A stretch of DNA of 24,000 nt from Candidatus Nanoarchaeia archaeon (GCA_028710615.1 JAQTTT010000009.1:1-24000); one strand, 5' to 3'. Counted from the first letter of the stretch, positions 1-7,295 are shown. Program-made: numbers and translations. The notes: generated by a model from the sequence alone, not told the origin.

Positions 1-73
1 TTGGGGAAGAAGCAATAATGGGGAAAAAGAATTCTTCTTTGAGAGGGATTCATTGTGGGGGAAAAATTAAATT

Positions 74-871
74 ATGACTTTTAAAGTAAATCCTAAAACG
101 AATGGCAGCGGAATACTTGCTGCAATACCTCAAAAGGGCACGTGTCCTAATGAGTGTTCTGATTGCTTTTTTCAGAGTGGAAGAAGCTATCTTGAGCCTT
201 TGGATGAGAATCTTCCGAATCTTCCGACTTTGGAGCAAGTGGATGATTTCAGGATTGTTCGAGTGAATGATGGCAATGATTCTTTGGTAAAGAAAACTGA
301 AGTATTGAAAACAACCAAGAAGTATCCGAGAAGGTTTTATAACACCGCTATTCCAAGGGAATTGTCAAATCACAGAAAAGGTTTGCCTTTTGATGGTGAA
401 AAAACGGCAAAAGAGCTTGAATCTTTATTGGAGCCCGTTGTTGTAACAATTAATCCTGCTGAAATGACTGATACGGCATTCTATTTAATGAATCCTATTC
501 CAAAGAACTTAATGTTTGTAAGAATCAGGACAAATACTTGGAATCTTGAGAATGTTGTGGATAAGGCGATTGAGCATTACACTAAAAATGAAGTGCCAGT
601 GATTTTAACATTCATGGCTTATTATGGAGATTCTGTTCCAAAAGGCCATGAAGACAATTACATGTTCAGGAAAAGAACGCTTAATTCTTATTCTGCAATA
701 ACGACTGATGCATGGGAAAAAATAATGGATCGCCATAAATACAACATGTTTGTGTACAGTTGCGGAAAGATTGAGGGAGAAAAAGGAAAAACTTCTTGCT
801 CAAGATGCGGAAATTGCGCAAGGGAATATTTGAATACAAAAGAAAAGCTCAGCCCTTTGAAAGTGGAATAA
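74..871 (+). CDS. Cys-rich putative Fe-S protein with a radical-SAM-like CX3CX2C motif (function uncertain)
   Basis: 265-aa ORF. Residues 24-31 read C-P-N-E-C-S-D-C followed by FF, matching radical-SAM cluster spacing. A second cluster, C230-x11-C-x2-C-x2-C, lies at the C terminus. A hairpin and T-run follow the stop. The family assignment is motif-level only. Confidence 0.4.
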   Translation: MTFKVNPKTNGSGILAAIPQKGTCPNECSDCFFQSGRSYLEPLDENLPNLPTLEQVDDFRIVRVNDGNDSLVKKTEVLKTTKKYPRRFYNTAIPRELSNHRKGLPFDGEKTAKELESLLEPVVVTINPAEMTDTAFYLMNPIPKNLMFVRIRTNTWNLENVVDKAIEHYTKNEVPVILTFMAYYGDSVPKGHEDNYMFRKRTLNSYSAITTDAWEKIMDRHKYNMFVYSCGKIEGEKGKTSCSRCGNCAREYLNTKEKLSPLKVE

Positions 872-911
872 AGCTGAAAAAAACAGCTTTTTTTATTTTT
901 TTTATTTTTTT
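870..911 (+). terminator. Hairpin plus oligo-T terminator after the 74..871 CDS
   Basis: The inverted repeat AAAGCTG-aaaaaaa-CAGCTTT starts at the stop codon. It runs into a long T-rich tract (888-911), the archaeal oligo-T termination signal. Confidence 0.5.
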
Positions 912-917
912 AGAAAT

Positions 918-928
918 CTTTATATATA
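918..928 (+). promoter_or_regulatory. TATA box (CTTTATATATA) for the 953 gene
   Basis: The AT-rich TATA-like element is centred about 30 nt upstream of ATG 953. Confidence 0.5.
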
Positions 929-952
929 CAACTTTTTTAATAATTTAAAATC

Positions 953-1303
953 ATGAACAGTTTAAGATATAAGCTTTTTGGAAAAACTCCTCATAATGCG
1001 GATGATTTGGTTGATTATTGCTTGAAAAAGGAGGATTCAACCATTAGCGCAAGAGTTGATGTTAAGGCATACAAGAACAATGCTTTTGCGCCAATAACTG
1101 GCACAGAATATGTTTTTAGAGCAGAAATTAGCTGTGCAGAAAAAGGCAGAGAATTCAACATATCTGCATATTCGGGCTCGTCAAGCAGCAAAGAATTAAG
1201 CGAAGAAAGTGTTGCGAATTTGAAAAAAGAGATTAAAGCATTTGGTTTGGCAGGAGTTAAAATTGAATTTGCATCAAATGAATTGGAAAATTTGCTTAAA
1301 TAG
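953..1303 (+). CDS. Hypothetical protein, 116 aa
   Basis: Clean ORF with its own upstream TATA. There is no signal peptide and no motif I recognise. Confidence 0.55.
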   Translation: MNSLRYKLFGKTPHNADDLVDYCLKKEDSTISARVDVKAYKNNAFAPITGTEYVFRAEISCAEKGREFNISAYSGSSSSKELSEESVANLKKEIKAFGLAGVKIEFASNELENLLK

Positions 1304-1306
1304 CAC

Positions 1307-1318
1307 TTTTTTAAATAA
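1307..1318 (+). promoter_or_regulatory. TATA box (TTTTTTAAATAA) for the 1339 gene
   Basis: Centred about 26 nt upstream of ATG 1339. Confidence 0.5.
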
Positions 1319-1338
1319 TTAAATCCTTTAGTATAATT

Positions 1339-2004
1339 ATGAATTGCAAATCATTAATGCTTTTATTTTTTATTCCCCTGGCTTTTTCGCAGAATTATTA
1401 CGCAGATATTGTAATTAATGCTGAAGGTTCAGAATTATCAATAACCGGGATCACGAATCATCCGGAATTAATAAGCAATTACTCAAAATTCTTGGCATAT
1501 AATAACGGCTATTATTTGCTCAATATTTCATTGAGTGATAACTTTTCAAATTATGTCTATGAAATAATATTGCCTAAAGATGTAACGATTAATTACATCA
1601 AAACTCCTAAATTTATAAGCATGGCTTATGGGCAAAATTTGATAATTAAAGGATTGGGCTCAAATGAGGAATTTAAAGCAGTAATTCAATACAAATTAGC
1701 ACCACAAAACAATTTAACACATTATTTAATTGCGCTTATGGTTATTGTTGCCGGAGTAATTTTTTATTTTAAATTTTTCAAGAAAAAGAAAAAAACCGGA
1801 ATTAATTATTCTGCTTTGACTGACAGGCAGGCAAAGATAATGAAAATGATTATGAATAAAGGGGAGGTTGAGCAGAAATATTTGGAAAATTTTTTGGGCA
1901 TGCCGAAAGCAGCGGTCTCAAGAAATGTTAATTCATTAATTAGGAAAGGATTAATTAAAAAAGAAAAAAAAGGAGTTAGCAATCTGCTTATTTTAGCCAA
2001 ATAG
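1339..2004 (+). CDS. Membrane-anchored winged-helix (MarR/TrmB-like) transcriptional regulator with an extracellular N-terminal domain
   Basis: Signal peptide MNCKSLMLLFFIPLAFSQ, then a roughly 105-aa beta-rich ectodomain. A TM helix (HYLIALMVIVAGVIFYFKFF, aa 128-147) is followed by a KKKKK stop-transfer. The C-terminal HTH reads LTDRQAKIMKMIMNKGEVEQKYLENFLGMPKAAVSRNVNSLIRKGLIKKE. Confidence 0.65.
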   Translation: MNCKSLMLLFFIPLAFSQNYYADIVINAEGSELSITGITNHPELISNYSKFLAYNNGYYLLNISLSDNFSNYVYEIILPKDVTINYIKTPKFISMAYGQNLIIKGLGSNEEFKAVIQYKLAPQNNLTHYLIALMVIVAGVIFYFKFFKKKKKTGINYSALTDRQAKIMKMIMNKGEVEQKYLENFLGMPKAAVSRNVNSLIRKGLIKKEKKGVSNLLILAK

Positions 2005-2067
2005 TTTCGCTTTGTCTCGCTTTTTTTCGGGTTATTATTATATGTTGTTCCAGCGTAATAGTTTAGC

Positions 2068-2985
2068 ATGAATAAAATAGTTTTGGCATCAATGATGCTA
2101 TTATTAGTCTCAGCATCAGCGGTTTTTGCTGAGAATGAGACAACGAATGAAACAGAGTTATTCAATGACTCAATGCCTTTGAATGATTCCGAATTATTCG
2201 ACAATTCCACATTAATTAATGAAGATTTAATTAATGATTCAATCAGGGATTCTGAAATATTGTCAACCAACCCTGGAGTAATTTTAAGGTTCAGCCAATT
2301 ATATGGGCAGCTAAGCCTGAGGATTGAGCAAGCTGACTTGGTGATTGCTGAAATTAATGATTCAAGCATTGCTGAGCAATTAAGCTCAATAGTTGAAGCT
2401 TTGGAATCATTGAAAGCCGAAGCAGGCTATTACATGGATGAGGCAAAAGAATATGATTTAAGGCAAGCAGCGATTGACTTCGTTTACCTTAAAAAGAAAT
2501 CCATAGAATTAGTTTCAGAGTTCAGGGAAATCTCCCATGATTACTTTCAAGCAGGGCACATTAATGCTTTGAAAAATAAGCTAAGATTAGTGAATGAAAG
2601 CAACGGGGTAAGTGAAAAGATTTCAAGAATGATGAGCGCTCACAATGCTTTAAAAGTTAGGAATGTGGTGGGAAGCGTTGATAATGAAACAATTAATGGA
2701 ATAATGAACGGCTCAATCGCCAAAAACCAGATAAATAATGTAATTAGAAACATGTTTCAGAATTTGAATGAAAGCATAAGGAATGAGGTTATCATGCAGG
2801 TAAAAGAGAACTTGGTGAGAAATAATATCAATGCTTCAGCCAAGAATAATGAAGCTTTAGAGAATGCTGAGAATATTACTCAAAGAATAAGGCAAAACAT
2901 ACAAAACAGGATAGATGAGTATAAAGAAAGAAATCCTAATTCAAGCATTTCCAGCAGTGTAAGAAACAACGGAAGGGGAAGATAA
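2068..2985 (+). CDS. Secreted, N-glycosylation-sequon-rich, mostly helical protein (305 aa)
   Basis: Signal peptide MNKIVLASMMLLLVSASAVFA. I counted 14 N-x-S/T sequons by hand, six of them within aa 23-58 (NET, NET, NDS, NDS, NST, NDS). There is no C-terminal anchor. Confidence 0.6.
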   Translation: MNKIVLASMMLLLVSASAVFAENETTNETELFNDSMPLNDSELFDNSTLINEDLINDSIRDSEILSTNPGVILRFSQLYGQLSLRIEQADLVIAEINDSSIAEQLSSIVEALESLKAEAGYYMDEAKEYDLRQAAIDFVYLKKKSIELVSEFREISHDYFQAGHINALKNKLRLVNESNGVSEKISRMMSAHNALKVRNVVGSVDNETINGIMNGSIAKNQINNVIRNMFQNLNESIRNEVIMQVKENLVRNNINASAKNNEALENAENITQRIRQNIQNRIDEYKERNPNSSISSSVRNNGRGR

Positions 2986-2988
2986 GCA

Positions 2989-3165
2989 ATGAATTATTTG
3001 GCATTATCTTTAATCCTGCTGATAGTTTTAGTGAGCGGATGCGCAATTATTAATAATGGCTCAAGCAATTTAAGCGACGCATTAACTTCTGATGAAGTAT
3101 TAAGCGAATTGGATTCAGTTCTGGTTGATGAATCAGATGGTGTTGAAATAGGCTCAATAATATAA
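2989..3165 (+). CDS. 58-aa putative lipoprotein (lipobox LVSGC), below the ORF-track cutoff
   Basis: Manual translation gives MNYLALSLILLIVLVSGCAIINNGSSNLSDALTSDEVLSELDSVLVDESDGVEIGSII*. The ATG lies 4 nt after the stop of the preceding gene. The hydrophobic h-region ends in L-V-S-G-C, and the mature part is acidic. Confidence 0.45.
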   Translation: MNYLALSLILLIVLVSGCAIINNGSSNLSDALTSDEVLSELDSVLVDESDGVEIGSII

Positions 3166-3187
3166 ATTCTTTATTTTTTTTTTTATT

Positions 3188-3409
3188 TTATAAAAATCTT
3201 TTGTATGTTCCTCTTATTTCTTTCATTAAATAAGATATGTATTCTTGTGCAAAATCAGAATAATTTCCATTGTGCTTGTTCTTTAAATCTTCTTTTTTGA
3301 TTTTCAATTCCTCTAAGTCATGTTTATTATCATTCAATATTTTTTCAAGAATTTTTATTCTTTTGCTGTCTTCAACCAAAAAATCATCAACGCCCTTTTT
3401 TATATTCAC
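3188..3409 (-). CDS. Hypothetical small coiled-coil protein (73 aa, GTG start)
   Basis: ORF with a charged heptad-like sequence. A TATA-like element (AAATTTTATAAAAAAC on the minus strand, about 3430-3445) lies about 27 nt upstream of the GTG. Confidence 0.45.
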   Translation of the reverse strand: MNIKKGVDDFLVEDSKRIKILEKILNDNKHDLEELKIKKEDLKNKHNGNYSDFAQEYISYLMKEIRGTYKRFL

Positions 3410-3504
3410 AATAGAAAATTAAGCTGTTTTTTATAAAATTTTCTAACGCTTTTTTTTTAGTGAAAATCAAAGCATTAATAAGTTTTAACTGATTCATTTT
3501 ATGC

Positions 3505-3765
3505 ATGGTTAAGGTTATTAAAAAAAACAAATCAATGCAGCCTTATAAAGAATCAAAAGTTGTGAAATCTTGCTTTAAAGCAGGAACTCCTGAGCCAATC
3601 GCGAAAGCAATAGGCAAAATGGTTTCTTTGCAGCTTAAAGGGAAAAAAACTGTTAAATCTTCAGATATAAAGAAAAAAGTTTTAATAATTATGTCTAAGG
3701 TTGGAACAGCCTTAAAGAATTTTAAAAAAGGATTTAATAAAAAGAAAGCAGGAAAAAAAAAGTAA
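3505..3765 (+). CDS. Standalone ATP-cone domain protein with a Lys-rich tail
   Basis: VKVIKKNKSMQPYKESKVVKSCFKAG...IAKAIGKMV...KTVKSSDIKKKVLIIM fits the ATP-cone consensus (V-x-K-R-x-G-x-x-E-x-F-x-x-x-K...S-x-x-I-q-d-x-V). The C terminus is KKGFNKKKAGKKK. Confidence 0.5.
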   Translation: MVKVIKKNKSMQPYKESKVVKSCFKAGTPEPIAKAIGKMVSLQLKGKKTVKSSDIKKKVLIIMSKVGTALKNFKKGFNKKKAGKKK

Positions 3766-3769
3766 GGCA

Positions 3770-3789
3770 TTTTTTTTTTATTTTTTTTT
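3770..3789 (+). terminator. Oligo-T terminator (T10-A-T9)
   Basis: Two long T runs start 5 nt after the 3765 stop codon. Confidence 0.5.
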
Positions 3790-3802
3790 ATTTGAATAAA
3801 AA

Positions 3803-3814
3803 CATTTTTAAATA
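3803..3814 (+). promoter_or_regulatory. TATA box (CATTTTTAAATA) for the 3837 gene
   Basis: Centred about 28 nt upstream of ATG 3837. Confidence 0.5.
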
Positions 3815-3836
3815 GATTCTCATATATGTTCTTTTT

Positions 3837-4559
3837 ATGAATTGGGGAAAAAAAGTCGCTGCTCCTTTGGTTGCAATTCCTGCAAAAGGAGAGCTTATTG
3901 AAAAAATAGTGATTGGAGTAAATGTCATTGATTTAAACCTCAATAGTTTATTTTTTGATGTTGCTTATTTTTCAACGCCTGGAACTGGGCAAAGCCTTGA
4001 AACATGCAATTATTGCAATGCAAATTATGTTTTAAGGACAAATGTAAGCAAAAAAGGGGGTGAGGTTGTTAAAACATATTCAATCAATTGCCCAAATTGC
4101 GGAGCATCAGACAATAATCTGTCTGAAAAAGCCAATGAGCAATTGAATGGCCAAACTTTGGATGACAAGCTTGTTTCAATGATTAGTTCAGGGAGAATCC
4201 AATGTTCTCCAATCGCAACGCCGCTTAGAAAAAATATTTTATTTGCTGAACATGAAATAACTGATTTTAGCATTTCCAGTGCGAGAAGCATTGATTCTGA
4301 TTTAAAAAAAATAACATATGTTTTGATTAAAGACAGCAAGGGCGAAACAGGCAAATATTCTGCAGAGTTTAAAGTTGAGGATGTTTTTAGCCTTAAACGC
4401 AAAGAAATCATTAATAAACAGGATATTGAAGAAATAATTAAATTGGATGTTAATGAACTTCAAGAGTTAAAGGAAAAAGCCAATAAAAAAATTAAAGCTG
4501 TGAAAGAAGCTGAAACAGAGAAAAAAATTCCTTCAGTTTTTAGCAAGCTTGATGTTTAA
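3837..4559 (+). CDS. Hypothetical zinc-ribbon protein with a C-terminal coiled coil (240 aa)
   Basis: CNYC-x24-CPNC zinc-ribbon spacing in the N-terminal third. The tail is charged and helical (NELQELKEKANKKIKAVKEAETEKK). I recognise no family. Confidence 0.55.
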   Translation: MNWGKKVAAPLVAIPAKGELIEKIVIGVNVIDLNLNSLFFDVAYFSTPGTGQSLETCNYCNANYVLRTNVSKKGGEVVKTYSINCPNCGASDNNLSEKANEQLNGQTLDDKLVSMISSGRIQCSPIATPLRKNILFAEHEITDFSISSARSIDSDLKKITYVLIKDSKGETGKYSAEFKVEDVFSLKRKEIINKQDIEEIIKLDVNELQELKEKANKKIKAVKEAETEKKIPSVFSKLDV

Positions 4560-4605
4560 TTTTTTTATGATTTATTGATTTTTATTTAAACAAACAAATT
4601 AACAA

Positions 4606-4617
4606 TTTTTTTAAAAC
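4606..4617 (+). promoter_or_regulatory. TATA box (TTTTTTTAAAAC) for the 4640 gene
   Basis: Centred about 29 nt upstream of ATG 4640. Confidence 0.5.
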
Positions 4618-4639
4618 ATTGACGCGATCATTATAACTA

Positions 4640-6523
4640 ATGAAAAAACAATTAATTCTCGCAGCATCATTATTTTTATTTTCAGGAGTTTTTGCTTTCA
4701 GCATTAGCCAAGCAAGCCAATACGATTTTGACACTTTTAATTGCAATACTTTGGAGGAGGAATTAATTCCTCATTGCGAAAGCACTAAGAGTTTTATAAG
4801 GAATTGCTACACTAATCCGAATAATTGCGATTGCAGTTATTTTTCAGAGCCTGAAGCTCAAGCAGAGTGCAACAAATGGGTTGATGAAGGAATAAGATTA
4901 ATGGCTCAAAAATCCCAAGAATGCGTGGCGGATTTATATTCCTGCTCATGCAAGGATTTGCCCCATCCAAGATTAGTTGCTGTATGCGAGAGTGAAAAAA
5001 ACAAGTTTATGGGAAAATTAAGGGCAATGGAGCAGTCATGCTTTAGCGACCCAGCAACATGCGATTGCTCAATCTTTGAATCAGCTCAATACATTGCCAA
5101 ATGCGAGGAAGAGATGGGAAAAGCATCTCAAATAGCTGCATCTTGCATGGAAGATATAGGAAACTGCGATTGCTCAAGCATAGCTAATCCTGTGGCAAGA
5201 GAAAAATGCGAGGAAAACAAAGCCTTTTATATTGATTATGAAAATGATTTCAGGGCTAATTGTGAGGAAAACTTTGATGAGTGCGACTGCTCAACCATTC
5301 CAAGCATAAGCGGACAGCAGGCATGCGAGGCGCAAAAATCGAAGGTGCTTGAAAGCGCCCAATCCCAAGTTTATGCAATGATTTATGAATGCTTTAAAGA
5401 CATAAATAATTGCGACTGCTCAAAACTTCAAGAGCAAGGATACATTGATTATTGCGAAGAAACCAAGAATTACGGCTTTGCTTGCATGCAAACAGGAGGC
5501 ATGGGGTGTGAGCAATTGGATAATATAGTATTATACCCTCCGAGTTTGCCGGAATTTTTAAGGCCTTATTTTGCGCAGACATTCAAGAGTTTTATTGATG
5601 CCGAGAAACTGAAAGGCATGGCTGCCTCAGCAGAGATTGCAAGAACATGCGTGATTGACCCGCATAATTGCGACTGCTCAACCATACCAACTTATGCTCG
5701 AGAGTTTTGCCTGGATAAAAAAGATATGCAAATAGATTGCATTGAAGGAAATATTACTGCCTGTGAAGCATTGGATAACACTATTAATGTTGTTCCTCTG
5801 ACTGCGCCAAAATTTGTCAGGGATTTCTTGGACCCAATATTAAGGCCTTTAATGCTTATGCAAAAAGAGCAAATCAAGGGAAGGTATGCTGAAATGGTCA
5901 AAGAGCAAATGCTTGCGTGCGTTGAAAATGAAAGCAATTGCGACTGCGATTCAGTGCCTTTGCAGTATCAAAGTTTTTGCAGCAACAAAATTTCATTAAT
6001 CAGGGAGTGCAATGCGTTCAATTATAGTTCATGCTTTAGGTTAATGGATGAGCCAAATATCCCGGATGATTTGCCTGGCTTTATCAGAATCTTTGTTGAA
6101 GGAAGTGTTAACCGGCAAGTTGAGCAAAGAATAAATGCTGAATTAGGAAAAAATGTTGACAGCATTAAAGAGCCAATAATTAACTGCATAATTAATGAAA
6201 CTAATTGCGACTGCTCATCAGTTCCTGAAAAATACCAACTCTTTTGCGAAAACAAGATATTGTCAGTAAACAAATGCATGAATCAAGATTATGATGAGTG
6301 CTTTAAATTAATGGAAGAATCCCCTTTGCCTGAAGATTTGCCTGACAGGCTTAAAAATTTAATAAACGCCCCCGTGGAAAGGGAGTTTAACAACAGGATG
6401 AATGAAGCATTTTTAAAAATAAGGCCAAGTGTGTGCAATAACATGAATTTGGCGCAATGCATGAATTATTTTAACAATAATTGCCAAGGGTTAAGTCCCA
6501 ACGCTTGCTTGAAAAGGAATTAA
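4640..6523 (+). CDS. Secreted cysteine-rich modular repeat protein (627 aa, 50 Cys, NCDCS modules)
   Basis: Signal peptide MKKQLILAASLFLFSGVFAFSISQA, followed by nine periodic C-x6-C-x-C-x10/11-C modules. The last four modules are extended by C-x9-C-x7-C. Confidence 0.8.
   Translation: MKKQLILAASLFLFSGVFAFSISQASQYDFDTFNCNTLEEELIPHCESTKSFIRNCYTNPNNCDCSYFSEPEAQAECNKWVDEGIRLMAQKSQECVADLYSCSCKDLPHPRLVAVCESEKNKFMGKLRAMEQSCFSDPATCDCSIFESAQYIAKCEEEMGKASQIAASCMEDIGNCDCSSIANPVAREKCEENKAFYIDYENDFRANCEENFDECDCSTIPSISGQQACEAQKSKVLESAQSQVYAMIYECFKDINNCDCSKLQEQGYIDYCEETKNYGFACMQTGGMGCEQLDNIVLYPPSLPEFLRPYFAQTFKSFIDAEKLKGMAASAEIARTCVIDPHNCDCSTIPTYAREFCLDKKDMQIDCIEGNITACEALDNTINVVPLTAPKFVRDFLDPILRPLMLMQKEQIKGRYAEMVKEQMLACVENESNCDCDSVPLQYQSFCSNKISLIRECNAFNYSSCFRLMDEPNIPDDLPGFIRIFVEGSVNRQVEQRINAELGKNVDSIKEPIINCIINETNCDCSSVPEKYQLFCENKILSVNKCMNQDYDECFKLMEESPLPEDLPDRLKNLINAPVEREFNNRMNEAFLKIRPSVCNNMNLAQCMNYFNNNCQGLSPNACLKRN
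4805..6301 (+). repeat. Intragenic array of nine Cys modules (five short of about 38 aa, four long of about 88 aa)
   Basis: The DNA motif AATTGCGA(C/T)TGCTCA and variants recur near 4825, 5060, 5165, 5283, 5410, 5666, 5936 and 6205. The hand-indexed Cys positions are strictly periodic. Confidence 0.8.
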
Positions 6524-6894
6524 AAAAAAATTTTCTTGGCAGGCTTAAATTTTTTCTCGCCCATTTTATTGTCAAGATTGGGAATGATTTTTTCATTAAT
6601 CTCTTTAATTTCGCTGGTTTTGCTGGTGGTTAATTTCATCACGCCATTAAAAACAGTCATTCTCGCATTATTTGCTTGGTAAGTCTTGCCTTTTTTAACA
6701 AGATTAATATTATCATCCCATAAGTTGAACAAAATATTCGCAGTATTGTCAGCAATCAAGAAATCCTTAGTCTTATGGCTTGACCCGTCCTTGAAATTCA
6801 CGTTCTTTTCTTCAAGCTCATCAAGAACAATGAAATTAACAGTTATGCCCCAAACTCTGGGGTCAAACTTTTCAATAGGAGTAATCTTAACCAT
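6520..6894 (-). CDS. Single OB-fold ssDNA-binding protein (SSB/RPA-like)
   Basis: The 124-aa sequence aligns by eye along its length with the crenarchaeal SSB OB-fold. Matching segments are VNFIVLDELEEKNVNFKDGSSHKTKDFLIADNTANILFNLWDDNINLVKKGKTY..NARMTVFNGVMKLTTSKTSEIKE versus V.V.VL......i....G.....e..vgDeTG.v.ltLW........G..v.i.na....f.g...L..g..t.i. Confidence 0.6.
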   Translation of the reverse strand: MVKITPIEKFDPRVWGITVNFIVLDELEEKNVNFKDGSSHKTKDFLIADNTANILFNLWDDNINLVKKGKTYQANNARMTVFNGVMKLTTSKTSEIKEINEKIIPNLDNKMGEKKFKPAKKIFF

Positions 6895-7016
6895 TTTTTA
6901 AAAAAAGCTTCAAGCATTTAAATATGTTAATGAACCTGGCTCACGCAAGAAATTCTTAAATTAAAGAAATAAATAAAATAATAAATTGATTTTTTTTGCT
7001 TTTGAATTAAAATTGC

Positions 7017-7295
7017 TTAAAATTCCTCTTCATCTGATTCAATATCTTCTTCAACGCGTTCTTTCTTTGCTTTTGGCGCAGTTGATCCAGGATTTTCTTT
7101 TCTTTTCATGTAGCAATCTCTGCAGTAAACAGGCAACCCTTCTTTTGGTTTGAAAGGCACTTCAGCCTCTTTTCCGCATTCAGAGCACGTTGTTTTATAC
7201 ATTTGTCTTGGTCCGCCAAAATCTCTTCTTTGGCCCCCTCCGCCAAAGCGGTTTCCTCCTGAGAAATTCCTTTTATCTCTTCCTTGATAAGGCAT
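7017..7295 (-). CDS. CxxC-x17-CxxC zinc-ribbon protein with an RGG-rich N terminus and an acidic C terminus
   Basis: C-S-E-C, then exactly 17 residues (GKEAEVPFKPKEGLPVY), then C-R-D-C, which matches the CxxC-x17-CxxC domain family pattern. The N terminus is GGNRFGGGGQRRDFGGPR. The C terminus is EEDIESDEEEF. Confidence 0.7.
   Translation of the reverse strand: MPYQGRDKRNFSGGNRFGGGGQRRDFGGPRQMYKTTCSECGKEAEVPFKPKEGLPVYCRDCYMKRKENPGSTAPKAKKERVEEDIESDEEEF

Noticed and set aside
1806-2369. 187-aa minus-strand ORF
   Set aside because: It spans the end of the wHTH gene, the intergenic region and the start of the secreted-protein gene. Both plus-strand genes have coherent domain architecture, so this is an antisense artefact of AT-rich DNA.
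3543-4411. Minus-strand ORFs 3543-3770 and 4025-4411
   Set aside because: They lie antisense to the ATP-cone gene and the zinc-ribbon gene respectively, with no independent support.
4805-6301. Possible CRISPR-like or non-coding repeat array suggested by the recurring AATTGCGACTGCTCA motif
   Set aside because: The repeats are in frame inside one long ORF and encode the N-C-D-C-S motif. Their spacing follows protein-module length and the units are not uniform repeat-spacer units. No cas genes are present.
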